Of a stretch of 64,000 bases of DNA, positions 36,901 through 50,406 are shown one piece after another. The stretch is from Azolla caroliniana (Eukaryota; Plantae; Polypodiophyta). The notes below the pieces were generated by a model, which saw only the letters and a list, made by a program, of their open reading frames with translations, was not told where the DNA came from and did no database searches. A program made the translations under genes and the position numbers. Location of the stretch: assembly GCA_043228905.1 (NCBI GenBank), contig JBHGNT010000011.1, forward strand, positions 8,060,001 through 8,124,000, given 5' to 3'. The first letter of the stretch is position 1. Each line of letters starts with the position of its first letter.

Positions 36901-38661
36901 CTGGACTATGAGGTGCCGTAAATTCACATCGTATGCTGCGTTGTTGGCAAAATTTGACGAATTCCTTTGATTTGAACTCTCCCCCGTTATCGAACCGAAA
37001 GCATTTCGGTTTTCGGTCGGACTTATTTTCAACCATGGTGAGTCAATCGGAAAAGATCGAGAAAACACGATCTTTGGTTTTGATTGGATAAGCCCACACC
37101 TTCCGAGTCGAGTGCTCAATGAAGCTGACGAAATATAGGGCGCCGCCAAGGGATTGATGTGGCATAGGACCACATACGTCCGAGTGGACCAAATCGAGTG
37201 GACTCAATTCTCTAGGGGCTGATGAAGGGTGTGTTACGGCTATCTGCTTGCCGTATTGTCAATGCTCACAGAACTGATGATTTGAGAAGGAGAGTTTGGG
37301 GATATATTCGGCACTAGATAAGTGCGTGATGCTGGCCTTGTTGAGGTTTCTGAGTCGTCCGTGCCAAAGTGATGACACGGGAATGTCAACCAAGAACAAC
37401 TCACCCTCTCTGAGTGTGACATGCAAAGGATACAATGAGTGTATCTTCGGTCCTCGAGCCGGCAGGAGGTTCCCTCTATGGAGCGTCCACCCTCCTGATG
37501 AGAAGCCATCATAGATGCCGTCTTCATCCAATTGTTCGACTGAGATCAGTGGACGTGAGAGATAGGGTACGTGTCGGACATTGCATAGTACTAATGTAGA
37601 GCAACCCGCAAGGTTGAGCTCTACCGTGCAGATTCCAATTATGTCGCAATGTTGTGAATTTCCTACCCGAACTAAGTCAGAATGTTGGGGCAGTGTATTG
37701 CCGAAATTGAGATCGATGAGGAGTCACATGAAAGGATGCACCCGAATCTAAGAGCCATGTGCTCGCTTCTTCAGTTGTAAGCAGAACTTTTGATTCGACT
37801 GGGTTTTTAATTGATAGTATATTCGGGTCGTTTATCAATACTTCGGCCGAAAAGCCAATGCAGTTGATCTCCTCGTGTCGGCCATTCTTTTGCTCAGCTT
37901 GCTAAGCCTTATCATTTTTTGCCTTTAGTTAGTTCATGGCAATCGGTTTTGATGTGTCTGGGTTTCTTGCAGTAGTTGCATACTCGATTATCCCGTGACT
38001 TGCTCCAACTTCGCTGATTGTTCGGTTGCCGTGAGGAATCTCTTCCACAACTGTTCGATCGATTGGTCGAACCTTGTACTACGTAAGCATTGTTGGTTGA
38101 ATCATTAGCTAATGATTTTCTCCAAGTCGCTTCAGTCAGAATTGCGCTCATGATTGAAGCGTACTTGACGGCAGCTGTCAAAGTTTCCCATGAAGGAGGG
38201 AGACTACTCATAAGCAGCATTGCTTTTTGTTCATCCTTGATAATCATCCCTTGGGCCGAAATTTGGGAGCTTAAGCTTTCGTACTCGTTCAGGTGTGCTT
38301 GGACCGAGTCAGACTCTTTCATCTGAAGGTTATAAATGCGCCGAATCAGGTATATCTTGGTGGTGAAGACCTTCTTTTCGTAAGTGTCCAAAAGTGTCTT
38401 CCATAGTTGGAAGGCAGTCGAACACGATTGCACTGTGAAGTACACGGACTCCGGTAGGTGCATCCGAATGGTGGCTCGGACGATTCTGTCGTGCTTTTCC
38501 CATTCGAGCGGCTTGTATCATTCTGGAGGGTCTTCATTCTCAATGGGGTCAATTTGCCCCTTGACTATTAAATAGTCCTACATCTGCTCCTTCCGAGAGT
38601 TGAAGTTTGATATGTCGAACTTCCTTAGACTCATCTCTGACGAGGCCGATGTTGAAGCCAT
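33967..38661 (-). pseudogene. I gag-pol
   Basis: SSLPPSWE; CNYCKKPRHIKTDC; LWHGRL; IYVDDMLI; VPYAPAVGSLMY; SKHIDVRYHFI. Confidence 0.92.
35277..36018 (-). mobile_element. Solo LTR J (K/L copia family) inside I RT
   Basis: TG..CA ends; TSD ctaat/ctaat; homologous to the K LTR; four 40-bp repeats at 35781-35940. Confidence 0.93.
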
Positions 38662-41456
38662 TTGTGTTGGAGTAATAGACTTTGTCCAGAGATAGCTATG
38701 AACTATGATGCAGTGCAAGCAGCTTGGCTCACTCGATGCCTTTTTAGCCGAAGTTGGACACAATTTGTGTTGATTATGAAAGTCCATGAATCCTATTCAA
38801 AGTGACTACTGTCAACTGACTTAGTCGAGTTGAACCCGGATTGGATTGTTCGAGCACGAATTATGTGCGATTTTTCCAAGCCAATCCTGTTTCGGGTAGT
38901 TGTGACGATGAGAGGGGCGGAACCTATTGGTCCTTCCGAATGTCGTTCAACCGAATGAAACACAGGTTAGGGTTGCCCTGGAGATGTGTTTGCTTCAAGT
39001 GGTTACAACAAGTGAGAGGATAGCGTCAGATGACCTATTCCATTTTTGCCTAACCAAGTGAAGCACGGATGTGGCCTGATCAAGAGAAGGGTCTCACCAC
39101 GAGTGATGACAATCATGGAGTCCAAGTACAGTCAACTGACTTACTTCAAGGGTGATTTCGAACAATGGAGTGCAGACCTTTAGTGTTGTCTCTTTTCGTC
39201 AAATGTAATTTCAAGAGGAGTTGCCAATCGAGATCTTCAAGGTTTACAAGAGAAGAGTTGTCGATGGAGGTTAGATAGATGGCGGCAACAGAATCAAACA
39301 AACCTTGCTCTGATACCATATGTTGGGAACATCGTCATCTAATGCAGAACAAGATCGACACTCTTCTATGATAAGATCAAGAGAGGATGCAAGATCGTAA
39401 CATTTATGATCGCAAAGACAAACCAATACAACTAGTACGTCGAAGAGAGAGAGAGAGACAGTTAGGCACAATATAAAGAGTATATTACAACTTAAAGCAA
39501 CAACCACAAACTAGGTTACAAAGTCAGTTTATATACTAACTGACTTAGAGCAACTGCCCTTCTCACTATTTACATAAATAGTCTAAGCCTAGTGTGTACA
39601 AAAGGAGACGGTGTGAATGCATCCATTAGAAGCCAGTATTCAACACCTACATCACGCAGGGGCTGGGTGGTTCTATTTGGGTGGATATATCTATCAACTC
39701 GACGCAGCTTTGTCGTTTCGTTTGGGTCGACGCTTCATGTGGGTTGGAGGTGGAAGGGGGCAAGCTAAGCAAAGCGGAGTCAGCTTTTGTCTAGAGTTGT
39801 GCCTCTAGTGCGGCCATGCGGTGTTTCAATGCTTGCTTACATGCTTCTTTGCTGGTAACAACCATATCTTTAGCCACGTGTGTTACCCTCGCCAACTCGT
39901 GGTAAACCTTGACGAGCGTCGTGTTGAGTTCGGGTAGCTCGAGGCATGTGCGACGTTTCTTCGTGGCTCTCTCCTGCCCTAGTTTTTGTAACTTGGGCTC
40001 CTCATCAGATTCCATTTTGTTGGCCAACACCCTTTCCACCATCTATTGTTTGATGTGTTCTTGGGCCATGCGGGACACGGCAACTCCTTGAAGGCGAGCA
40101 AGGAAATCAATGAGTTCGTAGGTTGTGCCTTGTTGTAAGATGTCCCCTAGCTCATGTGATTCGGCGGGTAAGTTCTTGAAGGTTATTACCTCCTCCTCCA
40201 AGGACCGTGATTGTTGCCCCTGTTCGATCTACCCAGTTAGAGCGAGGGGTCATTTGTGACGACCGTGACTATCTTCTTTGGTACAATGACTAGTTGGCGG
40301 TCCTCGGCCGAGGAGTTTACAGTTGTTCCTTCCTCACTACGATGTTGTAGGCGGCGTTTCTTGGTAGGTTTGAGTTTTGGGGTCGCAAGTTCGTTGTGAT
40401 CCCGCTTCTATTGGGTCACCAAGGATTGATCCGTACCCCTACTGGTTTTTCGGTTTTCTGTTTTCTGCATTGGGCGTGGAGTGCGTGCGGGCTGTATGGA
40501 CGTGATACGGCTCGTGGAGGGTTGAGGTTTGTTGTTCTGCCGAATGGTAATGTTGTCGGGGGCCTCGTGGTTCTTCGACTTGACTTGAGGCGAGGTTGGA
40601 GTGCGGGTCAGTGTTTCGTCCTGTGGTAGTTGTTAGGGCTCTTGGTTTTCTGTCTTGGGTGGGTGGAGCTGGTAGGGCCAAAGTTGGGCGGGGTGTGGCC
40701 GTGGTTTGGGGAGAGTAAAGTATGTTAGGAAATAGATCCCTCCGGATGGGATAAGAGTACCCGGCAACGGAAAACCCGATGAGAACCGGATGACGAGTGC
40801 CCGGCAAGAGCCGGATGGTGAAGACCCGGTGAGAACCGGATGACGACTGCCCGGCAAGAGCCGGATGGTGAAGACCCGGTGAGAATCGGATGACGAGTGC
40901 CCGGCAAGAGCCGGATGGTGAAGGCCCGGTGAGAAGTGCTCACCGGATGAAGGGACATATTCGTAAATATGTTTCTGAGAGTCCATTGGGGCTATATTTG
41001 TAAATAGCCGAAAAGTCATATTAGTATAAATATGACTTAGGGCAAAACTTAGCGAGCAGTAGTTGTCATTCTTGTTGGTGCAAGATTTGAGTGCAACCGT
41101 GTATAGAGAGAGAGTGAGTGAGTGAGAGAGTGAGAGACGAAGAGGACGTTGTCTCTGTTGTAACCGCCGCCTATGGCGAAGACAGTGAACAAGAGGTCGT
41201 TGCCTCTGTGTTCATCTATTGTATATTGTAACATAGTGATAGTTTGCAGTATGTGGACTGCCGTGGTTTTTTTCCCATGTTTGGGTTTTTCACGTAAACA
41301 TCCTGCGTACTCTTCTCTTTACTGTGTCGTGCGTACATTACCCGTTTTTCTGTGTTTGATCCTAGACTCGGTTGGGGCCGAGCGTTGTTTTTCGGGAGTG
41401 TGTAGTCCTTTCAAACTAGTATCAGAGCGAAACGAAACAGAAAAAAGGATGATTCG

Positions 41457-44400
41457 TTGGGAGGCATGTTCAAGCTCACCGGCTCCAACTATTCAGTGTG
41501 GAAGTCGAAGATGAGGGACATGCTCGTGGTTAAAGATCTTTGGTTGCTGGTTCAGTTCGGGGACAAGAGACCGGACAAAATTGATGCCACGATATGGGAG
41601 GTGATGCACATGAAGACAACGGCGTACATACGGTGCTTCATCGACATGAGTCTATACAACAACTTCAATGAAGAGAGCAAGGCTCATGAGCTCTGGGAGA
41701 AGATCGGCATTATGTTTCAGAACAAAAATGTTGTTAATCAGGTTTTGGTATTTCGGAAGCTAGTAAGACTCCGGTACCAAGATGGCTCCAACATGGCAGA
41801 GCACATGAATGCCTTCCAGGGGCTGATACACCAGGCAACATCATTGGAAGTACCTCTCGCCGATGAGGTACTAGCACTACTCCTGCTCGGTTCCCTCCCA
41901 GATAGCTGGGAAACGTTGGTTGTCACTTTGGGCAACGCTGGGCCGGAAGGGAAACAGTTATCCCTAGCAAGAGTGAAGTCGAGCTTGGTAGATGAAGAGG
42001 CGCGTCGGAAAGATACGGATATGAGCTCCGACTCCAAAGCGCTCCTTACCATCGGAACGTGGAAGACAAAGGAACCGTAGTCCCCAAAACCGGGAGAAGT
42101 CGGGGACACGGTCAAAGTCAAGGGGGAGGCCTACCTGCTTCTATTGCGGCAAGTTGGGGGACACTTCCAGAAGAATTGTCGGCACTTCCGAAAAGACAAG
42201 AAAACCGATGGTACCGATTCGAAGTGGACACCAGACCGAAACGGTAAAGACCGGAGGGGAACGGACCGAAAGGGAACAACAGCAATCGCGGCAAGTGAAG
42301 AAGAGTTGATGCTCATCACCGAGGAGAGTGAGTTGAACCTTGTCGGTGACAAGACAACTTGGGTTGTTGATTCCGGAGCGTCATTCCACCTTACCCCGGA
42401 CCGTAAATACTTCTCATCCTACACAACCGGTGATCACGGTCGTGTCCGGATGGGGAATGAAGGTACATGCCGAATTGTCGGCATAGGAGATGTGTGGTTG
42501 ACAACAGCAACCGGATGCAAGCTACTACTGAAGGATGTTAGACACGTTCCGGAGGTTCGACTGAACCTGATATCAGCCGGTCGGCTAGATGATGAAGGCT
42601 ACACGGGTAGCATCCGGAACGGTGTCATGAAGTAAAGGGATCCTGATTGTGGCTCGGGCCCGAAAGGTCAACACGCTATACCTGATGAATGCCTGGTTAT
42701 GCCTGGAAGAAGTGAATGTGACTTTCGACACTGCCGGTGAGCTGTGGCACAAGAGGCTGTGTCACATGACTGAGAAGGGGATGAAGAGGCTTGCAGATGA
42801 CAACCTCATTCCAGTGAAGAACGTGCACTTGGAGAAGTGCACTGATTGTCTGGCCGGTAAGCAAAACCGGACCTCCTTCCGACCAAGGCCACCAATGAGA
42901 CGTAATGCACCACTAGAGTTGGTGCATACTGATGTTTGTCAAGTGGACACGAAGTCACATGCCGGATTGCAGTAGTTCGTGACGTTCATAGATGACCACA
43001 ACCGGAAGCTGTGGGCCACACCACTGAAGACGAAGGATCAGGTGCTATCCGTCTTCAAAGAGCTCCATGCGAGAGTGGAAAGAGAAACCAGCCGGAAGCT
43101 GAAGGCGGTTCGAGCAGATAACGGAGGAGAATACCGGGGGCAGTTCGAGGAGTATTGCCGCTCGAAGGGAATCCGGCTCGAATTTACCGTGCCGAAGACG
43201 CCGGAACTAAACGGGTTGGCCGAGAGGATGAACTAGACCATAATGGAGAGGGTCCGGAGTATGCTAGCGCATGCAAAACTACCCAAGAAGTTTTGGGCTG
43301 AGGCACTGTCGATGGTGACATATGTGATAAACAGATTACCCTCAGTACCCTTGGACGGAGACACGCCACAGAGAGTCTGAACTGGTAAGGAAGTGTCCTA
43401 CCGGCATCTGAAGGTATTCGGGTGTCTTGCGTGCATGAATGTAGCTAAGGACCGGAGAGGAAAGTTAGATCCGAAGACCCGGCCATGCATATTCCTCGGT
43501 TACGGCGACGATGAGTTCGGCTACCGAGTGTGGGACCTGGCCGACAAGAAGGTATTCCGGAGTCGAGATATTATCTTCATGGAGGACAAGACGCTCACCG
43601 ACTGGGAGTCAGAGAAGAAGATAATGAACTCCGAGTCGACCGGTAAGGATCGATTCTACGATGAGCAGACCCAACCGGCAAGAGACCGGTTAGCACTCGA
43701 TGAACCGGCCGATGACGGTAAGGAGACAAGACAGGCCATAGAAGAAGGAATAGGTGAAATCGGAACCGGAGAAGACCCCGAATCGGATTCAGATGAAGAA
43801 CAAATAGAGGAGCCGGTTGCCGAAAGCCAAAGACGGAGATGTCCTCTCAGAGAGAGAAGGGCCCCCCAGAGATTTCCAAATGCAGAACATGTGCTGCGAA
43901 CCGATGAGGGGGAGCCAGAGAGTTTCGAGGAAGCTAAAAGTGACACCCATAGCCGCAAATGGTTAAGTGCCATGCAGGATGAGATGGATTCCCTGCATGA
44001 GAACCATACGTACGAATTGGTGGAGTTGCCGAAAGGAAAGCGGGCACTCCGAAACAAGTGGGTGTACAAGTTGAAACCGGGAGATGCCGGAAACCCCCCG
44101 AGATACAAAGCCAGGATCGTGGTGAAGGGGTTCCAGCAGAAGAAGGGTGTGGACTTCGACGAGATATTAGCCCCGGTAGTAAAGAATGCTTGACGGGACC
44201 TGCACGCTCCCTATATAGGACCACAACCGAGCTTAGAATCATACACAAAAAACGGGAAATGAAAAAAGCACGACACAATGGAGAGAAGAGTACACAGGAT
44301 GTTTAACGTGGAAAACCCTGAGAGGGAAAAACCACGGCAGTCCACTGACTGCTAACTATCACTATGTCACAATAATTACAACAGTGAGCTCACGGAAGCA

Positions 44401-45410
44401 ACGACCTCGCTCTCATGATCTTCGCCACAGGCGGCGGTTACAACAGAGGCAACGACCTCTTCCTCTTCCTCTCTCTCTCTCTCTCTGTCTGTACACAGTT
44501 GCGCGCTTTGATCTCTTGCGCCAACAAGAATGACAACAACTCTATAAAGTTTGCTTCCGGAATACCGAAACCTGATTAACAACATTTTTATTTTGAAACA
44601 TAATGCCGATCTTCTCCCAGAGCTCATGAGCCTTGCTCTCTTCATTGAAGTTGTTGTATAGGCTCATGTCGATGAAGCACCATATGTACGCCGTTGTCTT
44701 CATGTGCATCACCTCCCATATCATGGCGTCGATTTTGTCCGGTCTCTTGTCCCCGAACTGAACCGGCAACCAAAGATCTTTAAGCACGAGTATGTCCCTC
44801 ATCTTCGACTTCCACACCCAATAGTTGGAGCCGGTGAGCTTGAACATGCCTCCCAACGAATCGTCCATTTTCTGTGTCATTTCGCACTGATACCACTTGA
44901 CGGGACCTGCACACTCCCTATACGCAACGCTCAGCCACAACCGAGCTTAGAATCATACACAGAAAACGGGAAATGAAAAAAGCAGGACACAATGGAGAGA
45001 AGAGTACACAGGATGTTTAACGTGGAAAACCCAGAGAGGGAAAAACCACGGCAGTCCACTGACTGCTAACTATCACTATGTCACAATAATTACAACAGTG
45101 AGCTCACGGAGGCAACGACCTCGCGCTCACGATCTTCGCCACAACGCCCTATACGCAATGCTCGGCCACAATCGAGCTTAGAATCATACACAGAAAACGG
45201 GAAATGAAAAAAGCACGACACAATGGAGAGAAGAGTACAGAGGATGTTTAACGTGGAAAACCCTGAGAGGGAAAAACCACGGCAATTCACTGACTGCTAA
45301 CTATCACTATGTCACAATAATTACAACAGTGAGCTCACGGAGGCAACGACCTCGAGCTCACGATCTTTGCCACAGGCGGCGGTTACAACAGAGGCAACAA
45401 CCTCTTCCTC

Positions 45411-45452
<42 letters not shown>

Positions 45453-47122
45453 CACAGTTGCGCGCTCTGATCTCTTGCGCCAACAAGAATGACAACAACT
45501 CTATAAAGTTTGCCCTAAGTCATATTTATACTAATATGACTTTTCGGCTATTTACAAATATAGCCACGATGGACTCTCAGAAACATATTTACGAATATGT
45601 CTCTTCATCCGATGAGCAGTCCTCACCGGGCCTCCATCATCCGGCGCTTGCCAAGTACTCGTCATCCGGTTCTCACCGGGTCTGCACCATCCGGCTCTCC
45701 GTAGCCGGGTACTCCTCATCCGGTTCTCACAGGGTCTACACCATCCGGCTCTCCGTAGCCAGGTACTCGTCATCCGCACTGTTCTTCACCCTTCCCATCC
45801 GGAGGGACCTATCTCCCAACAAAGATGACCTCCATTTGGACAGTGCTGAGTATAGCGACAAGCATGGATCTCGAGGTAGAGCAACTAGACGTGAAGACGA
45901 CATTCCTTCACGGTGACCTCGAAGAGGAGATCTACATGTAGCAACCGGAAGGATTCGTGGAGAAAGGGAAGGAGTACCTAGTTTGTCGGTTGAAGAAGAG
46001 CCTGTACGGACTGAAACAGGCTCCCGACAATGGTACCGGAAGTTCGACTCCTTCATGACCGATCAAGGGTACCACAAGACGTAGGCCAATCACTGCGTGT
46101 TTGTGAAGACGTTCGAAGGAGGCGACTTCCTGATACTCCTTCTGTACGTGGACGACATGTTGATCGTCGGACGAGACCAAGTCAAAATACGGATGTTGAA
46201 GAAGTCTCTCAACCGAACTTTCTCAATGAAAGACTTGGGTCCAGCAAGACAGATAATGGGGATGCACATCATCCGGGACCGGTCAAAGAAGCAATTATGG
46301 TTGTCACAGGAGAAATACGTGACAAAGGTGCTTCAACGGTTCAACATGTTAGAAGTGAAACCGGTCGGATCGACACTCCCGACAAACTGTAGATTATCCG
46401 GTAAGAAAAGCCCGAAGACGAAAGCAGAGAAGGTGGATATGATGAAGGTTCCATATGCCTCTGCCGTCGGGAGCTTAATGTACGCAATGGTATGTACTCG
46501 ACCGGATATTGGATATGCAGTCGGAGTGGTGAGCCGGTTTATGAGAAATCCCGGCAAGGAGGACTGGAATGCGGTCAAATGGATACTCCGGTACTTTAAG
46601 GGCACTTCGAATATGTGTCTCCGATTCGGCTCCGGTAAACCTCAACTTGACAGTTTTACCGATTCGGATATGTCAGCTGATGTGGATACCAACCGGTCTA
46701 CATCCGGGTATGTAATGACATATGCAGGGGGAGCTATTTCGTGGCAGTCGAGGCTGCAGAAGACGGTTGCGTTGTCAACCACGGAGGCGGAGTACATGGC
46801 AGTTGTTGAAGCGGGCAAGGAAATATTATGGATGATGGACTTTATCGGAGAGCTCGGTATCCGGCAAGATGAATACCAGTTGTATTGCGACAGTCAAAGT
46901 GCCATCCACCTTGCTAAGAACGCAACGTACCATTCCAGGACGAAGCACATCCATCGTAGGTATCACTGGATCCGGGAGCGAGTAGAAGATCGAGAGTTCA
47001 CACTGACGAATATCCACACGGCCGAGAACGGGTCAGATATGTTGACCAAAGTACTGATACCCGACAAGTTGGATGCATGTCGGAAGCGGATCAGACTAGT
47101 AAGACATCCCATGCCGGAGTGA
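41457..47122 (+). pseudogene. K gag-pol, split by L
   Basis: WVVDSGASFH; LWHKRLCH; RADNGGEY; LLYVDDML; VPYASAVGSLMYAMVCTRPDI; RTKHIHRRYHWIRE. Confidence 0.93.
44191..45821 (-). mobile_element. Element L, deleted K-family copy in opposite orientation
   Basis: 5' LTR 44898-45821; PBS 44884-44895; gag stub ~44555-44870 fused to a partial 3' LTR 44191-44554. The K frame APVVK|MTSI resumes; the TSD is imperfect. Confidence 0.88.
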
Positions 47123-50100
47123 AGGGGGAGTTCGTTAGGAAACAAATCCCTCCGGATGGGATAGGAGTACTCGGCAACGGAAGACCCGGTGAGAACCGGA
47201 TGATGAGTGCCCGGCATGAGCTGGATGGTGAAGACCCAGTGAGAACCGGATGACGAGTGCCCGGCAAGAGCCGAATGGTGAAGACCCGGTGAGAACCGGA
47301 TGACGAGTGCCCAGCAAGAGCCGAATGGTGAAGACCCGGTGAGAACCGGATGACGAGTGCCCAGCAAGAGCCGGATGGTGAAGGCCCGGTGAGAAGTACT
47401 CACCGGATGAAGGGACATATTCGTAAATATGTTTTTGAGAGTCCATTGGGGCTATATTTGTAAATAGCCGAAAAGTCATATTAGTATAAATATGACTTAG
47501 GGCAAACTTAGCGAGTAGTAGTTGTCATTCTTGTTGGTGCAAGATTTGAGTGCAACCGTGTACAGAGAGAGAGAGAGAGTGAGAGAGTGAGAGACGAAGA
47601 GGACGTTGTCTCTGTTGTAACTTGTCGCCTCTGTGTTCATCTATTGTATATTGTAACATAGTGATAGTTTGCAGTATGTGGACTGCCGTAGTTTTTTTCC
47701 CGTGTTTGGGTTTTCCACGTAAACATCATGTGTACTCTTCTCTTTACTGTGTTGTGCGTACATTACCTGTTTTTCTGTGTTTGATCCTAGACTTGGTTGT
47801 GGCCGAGTGTTGTTTTTCGGGAGCGTGTAGTCCTTTCAAAGTATGGCCAGATATTGTGCCAACACCGAGAGGAAACACTTACCTGATTGGAAGGAGGCTA
47901 TCGCGGTACGAATTCCTTCCCCAGTGAGGACACCCCAATCGATAGCTCCGCCTCAATATGTCGTGATGATTAAGCTGACCCTTTTCTTGGGTATGCTATA
48001 TGTATTGGCGGTGATACATCCAAACTCCAAAAGAAAATGGTCCAGATTTCCAAAGAATTCATTGGAGCCTCCGTGTGTGTGATGGGCCTTTGCTAATGCA
48101 GAGTATTCTCCAAAATATTGCTCCAGAATGTGTAATGGTGGAGCGTCGACGTCATGTTCGCCCCCACGCTACAAACTAAGCGTTGAGTTGATCTGATCGT
48201 TGGCGATGGTTTCAGGATGCACCTTCTTGGCTATTGCCTGCGCGCGCTTAAGGGTGTGGAGCGGTGTCGAGGACATGAAGGTATCCTCCTAGACTATGCC
48301 TGATGAGCCAAGTGCGGAGTTCTTTGGATACTTCGATCGTCATGGCTGTCGCGGAAGAGCAGGAAGGCAAGTAGAGATGGAAGTGAGGAGTCGGAGAGCG
48401 AGAGAGCGCTTGGTTGCAAGGATTTTGGGAGCGAGAGAGAGGATGAGAGAGCTTCAACGTTTCTACAGAAATGAGAGCTGCTATGTTTGTGGTGTCTTTC
48501 TTTTTGTATGTGCCTTGGTTTTCAAGACGTGGCCTTATGCCCTAGATTCAGAATCTTCCCTGCCATACCGGGAGTTAAAAACCACGCGTCGTGTGAACCG
48601 TTAATGCTTGATTTTCTTGTATGGCATGCATGGCCTTTAAATAGTGTGTGGGTGTCTCTTTTTTGTTTTTTATTTCCTTCCATAATTATAGTATACATTG
48701 TGGGAGTAGGTAGGGGAGTTTACCGTGATTGGTGCGTGGTGCCCCCGAAATCCTCTGTTCTACCTACCACGGATTTATCGTGGCCGTGCTTTTGTTCGGC
48801 AAAGGGGTTCGGTGGTGTCGGACCGCGGTATGGTTTCAATCGAAATCCGTTGACCCACTTCTTGAAGATTTCCCCAGACAACGTGCCGAGCTGGAACATT
48901 CCATTGAAATCGTTGACAATCTAGAATGGTCCCGTTCACCAAAACCGAAGTTTCCCTGGCATTGACCCAAGCCGTGTTTGGAACACAAGGACCGGTTTGC
49001 CGATCTCCAATGATTTTTCGGTTTTTCGGTGATAGCAATCCACGACAGCTTTCCTTTTTCATTGGCCTTGTTCCAATTGGGTGAGAGTGGCTATTCGTTC
49101 TTCCCCGAGCACAAGTAATTGTTTCAGTTGTTTTTGTTCGGAATCGGACTCGGACAATCATTCAGTTACTTGCACTCGAGACTCGAAACTTGAAACTCGA
49201 TCGGCATCACGACTTCCAAGCCAAAAGCCATTCGAAAGGGCGTGGATCCGATGCTAGTTTTAAACGCGATGCGGTATGCCCATAGTGCACTGTGTAATTT
49301 ATCATCCCAATCTGTCTGATGCTCGTTCATGATTTTCTTGAGAATTGTCTACAGGGTCTTATTCGTTGACGAGGCTAGTCCATTAGCTTGGGGGTAGTAG
49401 GGTGTGCTTTTCTTATGCACCACAACGTAATGGGAGGTTAAATCATAGATAAGATGGTTGAGAAAGTGTCCCCCCTAGTCACTCATGAGCTCGATTGGGC
49501 ATCCAAATCGACACCACAAGTATTCATACACGAATTTGGTCGTCGACACAGACGTGTTGTCGTGTAGTGCTTTCGCTTCGACCCATTTCGTGTAGTAATC
49601 GGTAGCCACAATTATATATTTGTTGCTAGTTCAGGTTGGGGGTGGTTTAAATGGCCCTGCGAAATCCAATCCCCATTTTTGAAAGGGTTCTAAAGGAAGG
49701 ATCGATTGGTGAGGCATTTGATCTTGTGCGTTCAGCTGGCCCATACGCTGACAGAGATTGCAATGATGACAAAATTCGTGGGCATCTTTTTTCGTGGTTG
49801 GCCACCATAATCCGCTTTGCCAAATCTTTCGAGTTGTGGCATAACCCGCATAGTGACCGCCGACTATACCGTGATGGGCGTTGCGTAAAACCGCATCTTG
49901 TTTGAATTTCCGTACCGCTCGTTGTTGAATACCGTCTGAACCTTTATGATATAGAGTGTTGGCGAAAAGACAAAAATTTCGGCTTAGGACCGCCAATTGT
50001 TTCTTGGTGTCTAGCGTTAAGTGTTCGGGTGGAAGGCCGGTGCTGAGGAATTGCGGCATTTCCATAATCAAGTCGTCCTCGGGATCGGCGGGAAGGGTTG

Positions 50101-50406
50101 TAGTGTCGAGACTAAACAAGTTGGCATCGGGTAGTTCATCGTACTCCCTTTCGGCTGGCTCTCCGGATTCGAGACGGCTTAGGTAATCTGCGATCGCATG
50201 TTGTACCCCTGGTCGATGTTGTATGTCGAAATCAAATTCCTAAAGAAGAAGCATCCATTGTGTTAAGCGACCAGTTAAAGCCTATTTATTGACGAGGTAT
50301 AGTAATGCCAAATGATCTACATGAACGTGAATTTCCGGCCGAGCAGGTAGTGTCAAAATTTAATGATACTATAGATCATTCTGAGTGCTTCTCGTTCCGT
50401 GGTGGG

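Larger units (their letters stand above)
33419..39645 (-). mobile_element. Element I, Ty1/copia, full-length and degraded
   Basis: LTRs 33419-33757 and 39321-39645; TSD cctac/cctac; PBS TGGTATCAGAGC 39307-39318. Confidence 0.95.
40723..47838 (+). mobile_element. Element K, Tnt1-like Ty1/copia, full-length
   Basis: LTRs 40723-41413 and 47133-47838; TSD aagta/aagta; PBS TAGTATCAGAGC 41417-41428; PPT GAAGGGGGAG 47121-47130. Confidence 0.95.
32436..48343 (-). pseudogene. Z extra ORF 3' of pol (three pieces: 47839-48343, 39646-40722, ~32436-33418)
   Basis: MTIEVSKELRTWL..YFGEYS..IDWGVLTG, homologous to the A extra ORF; coiled-coil C-terminus. Confidence 0.75.
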
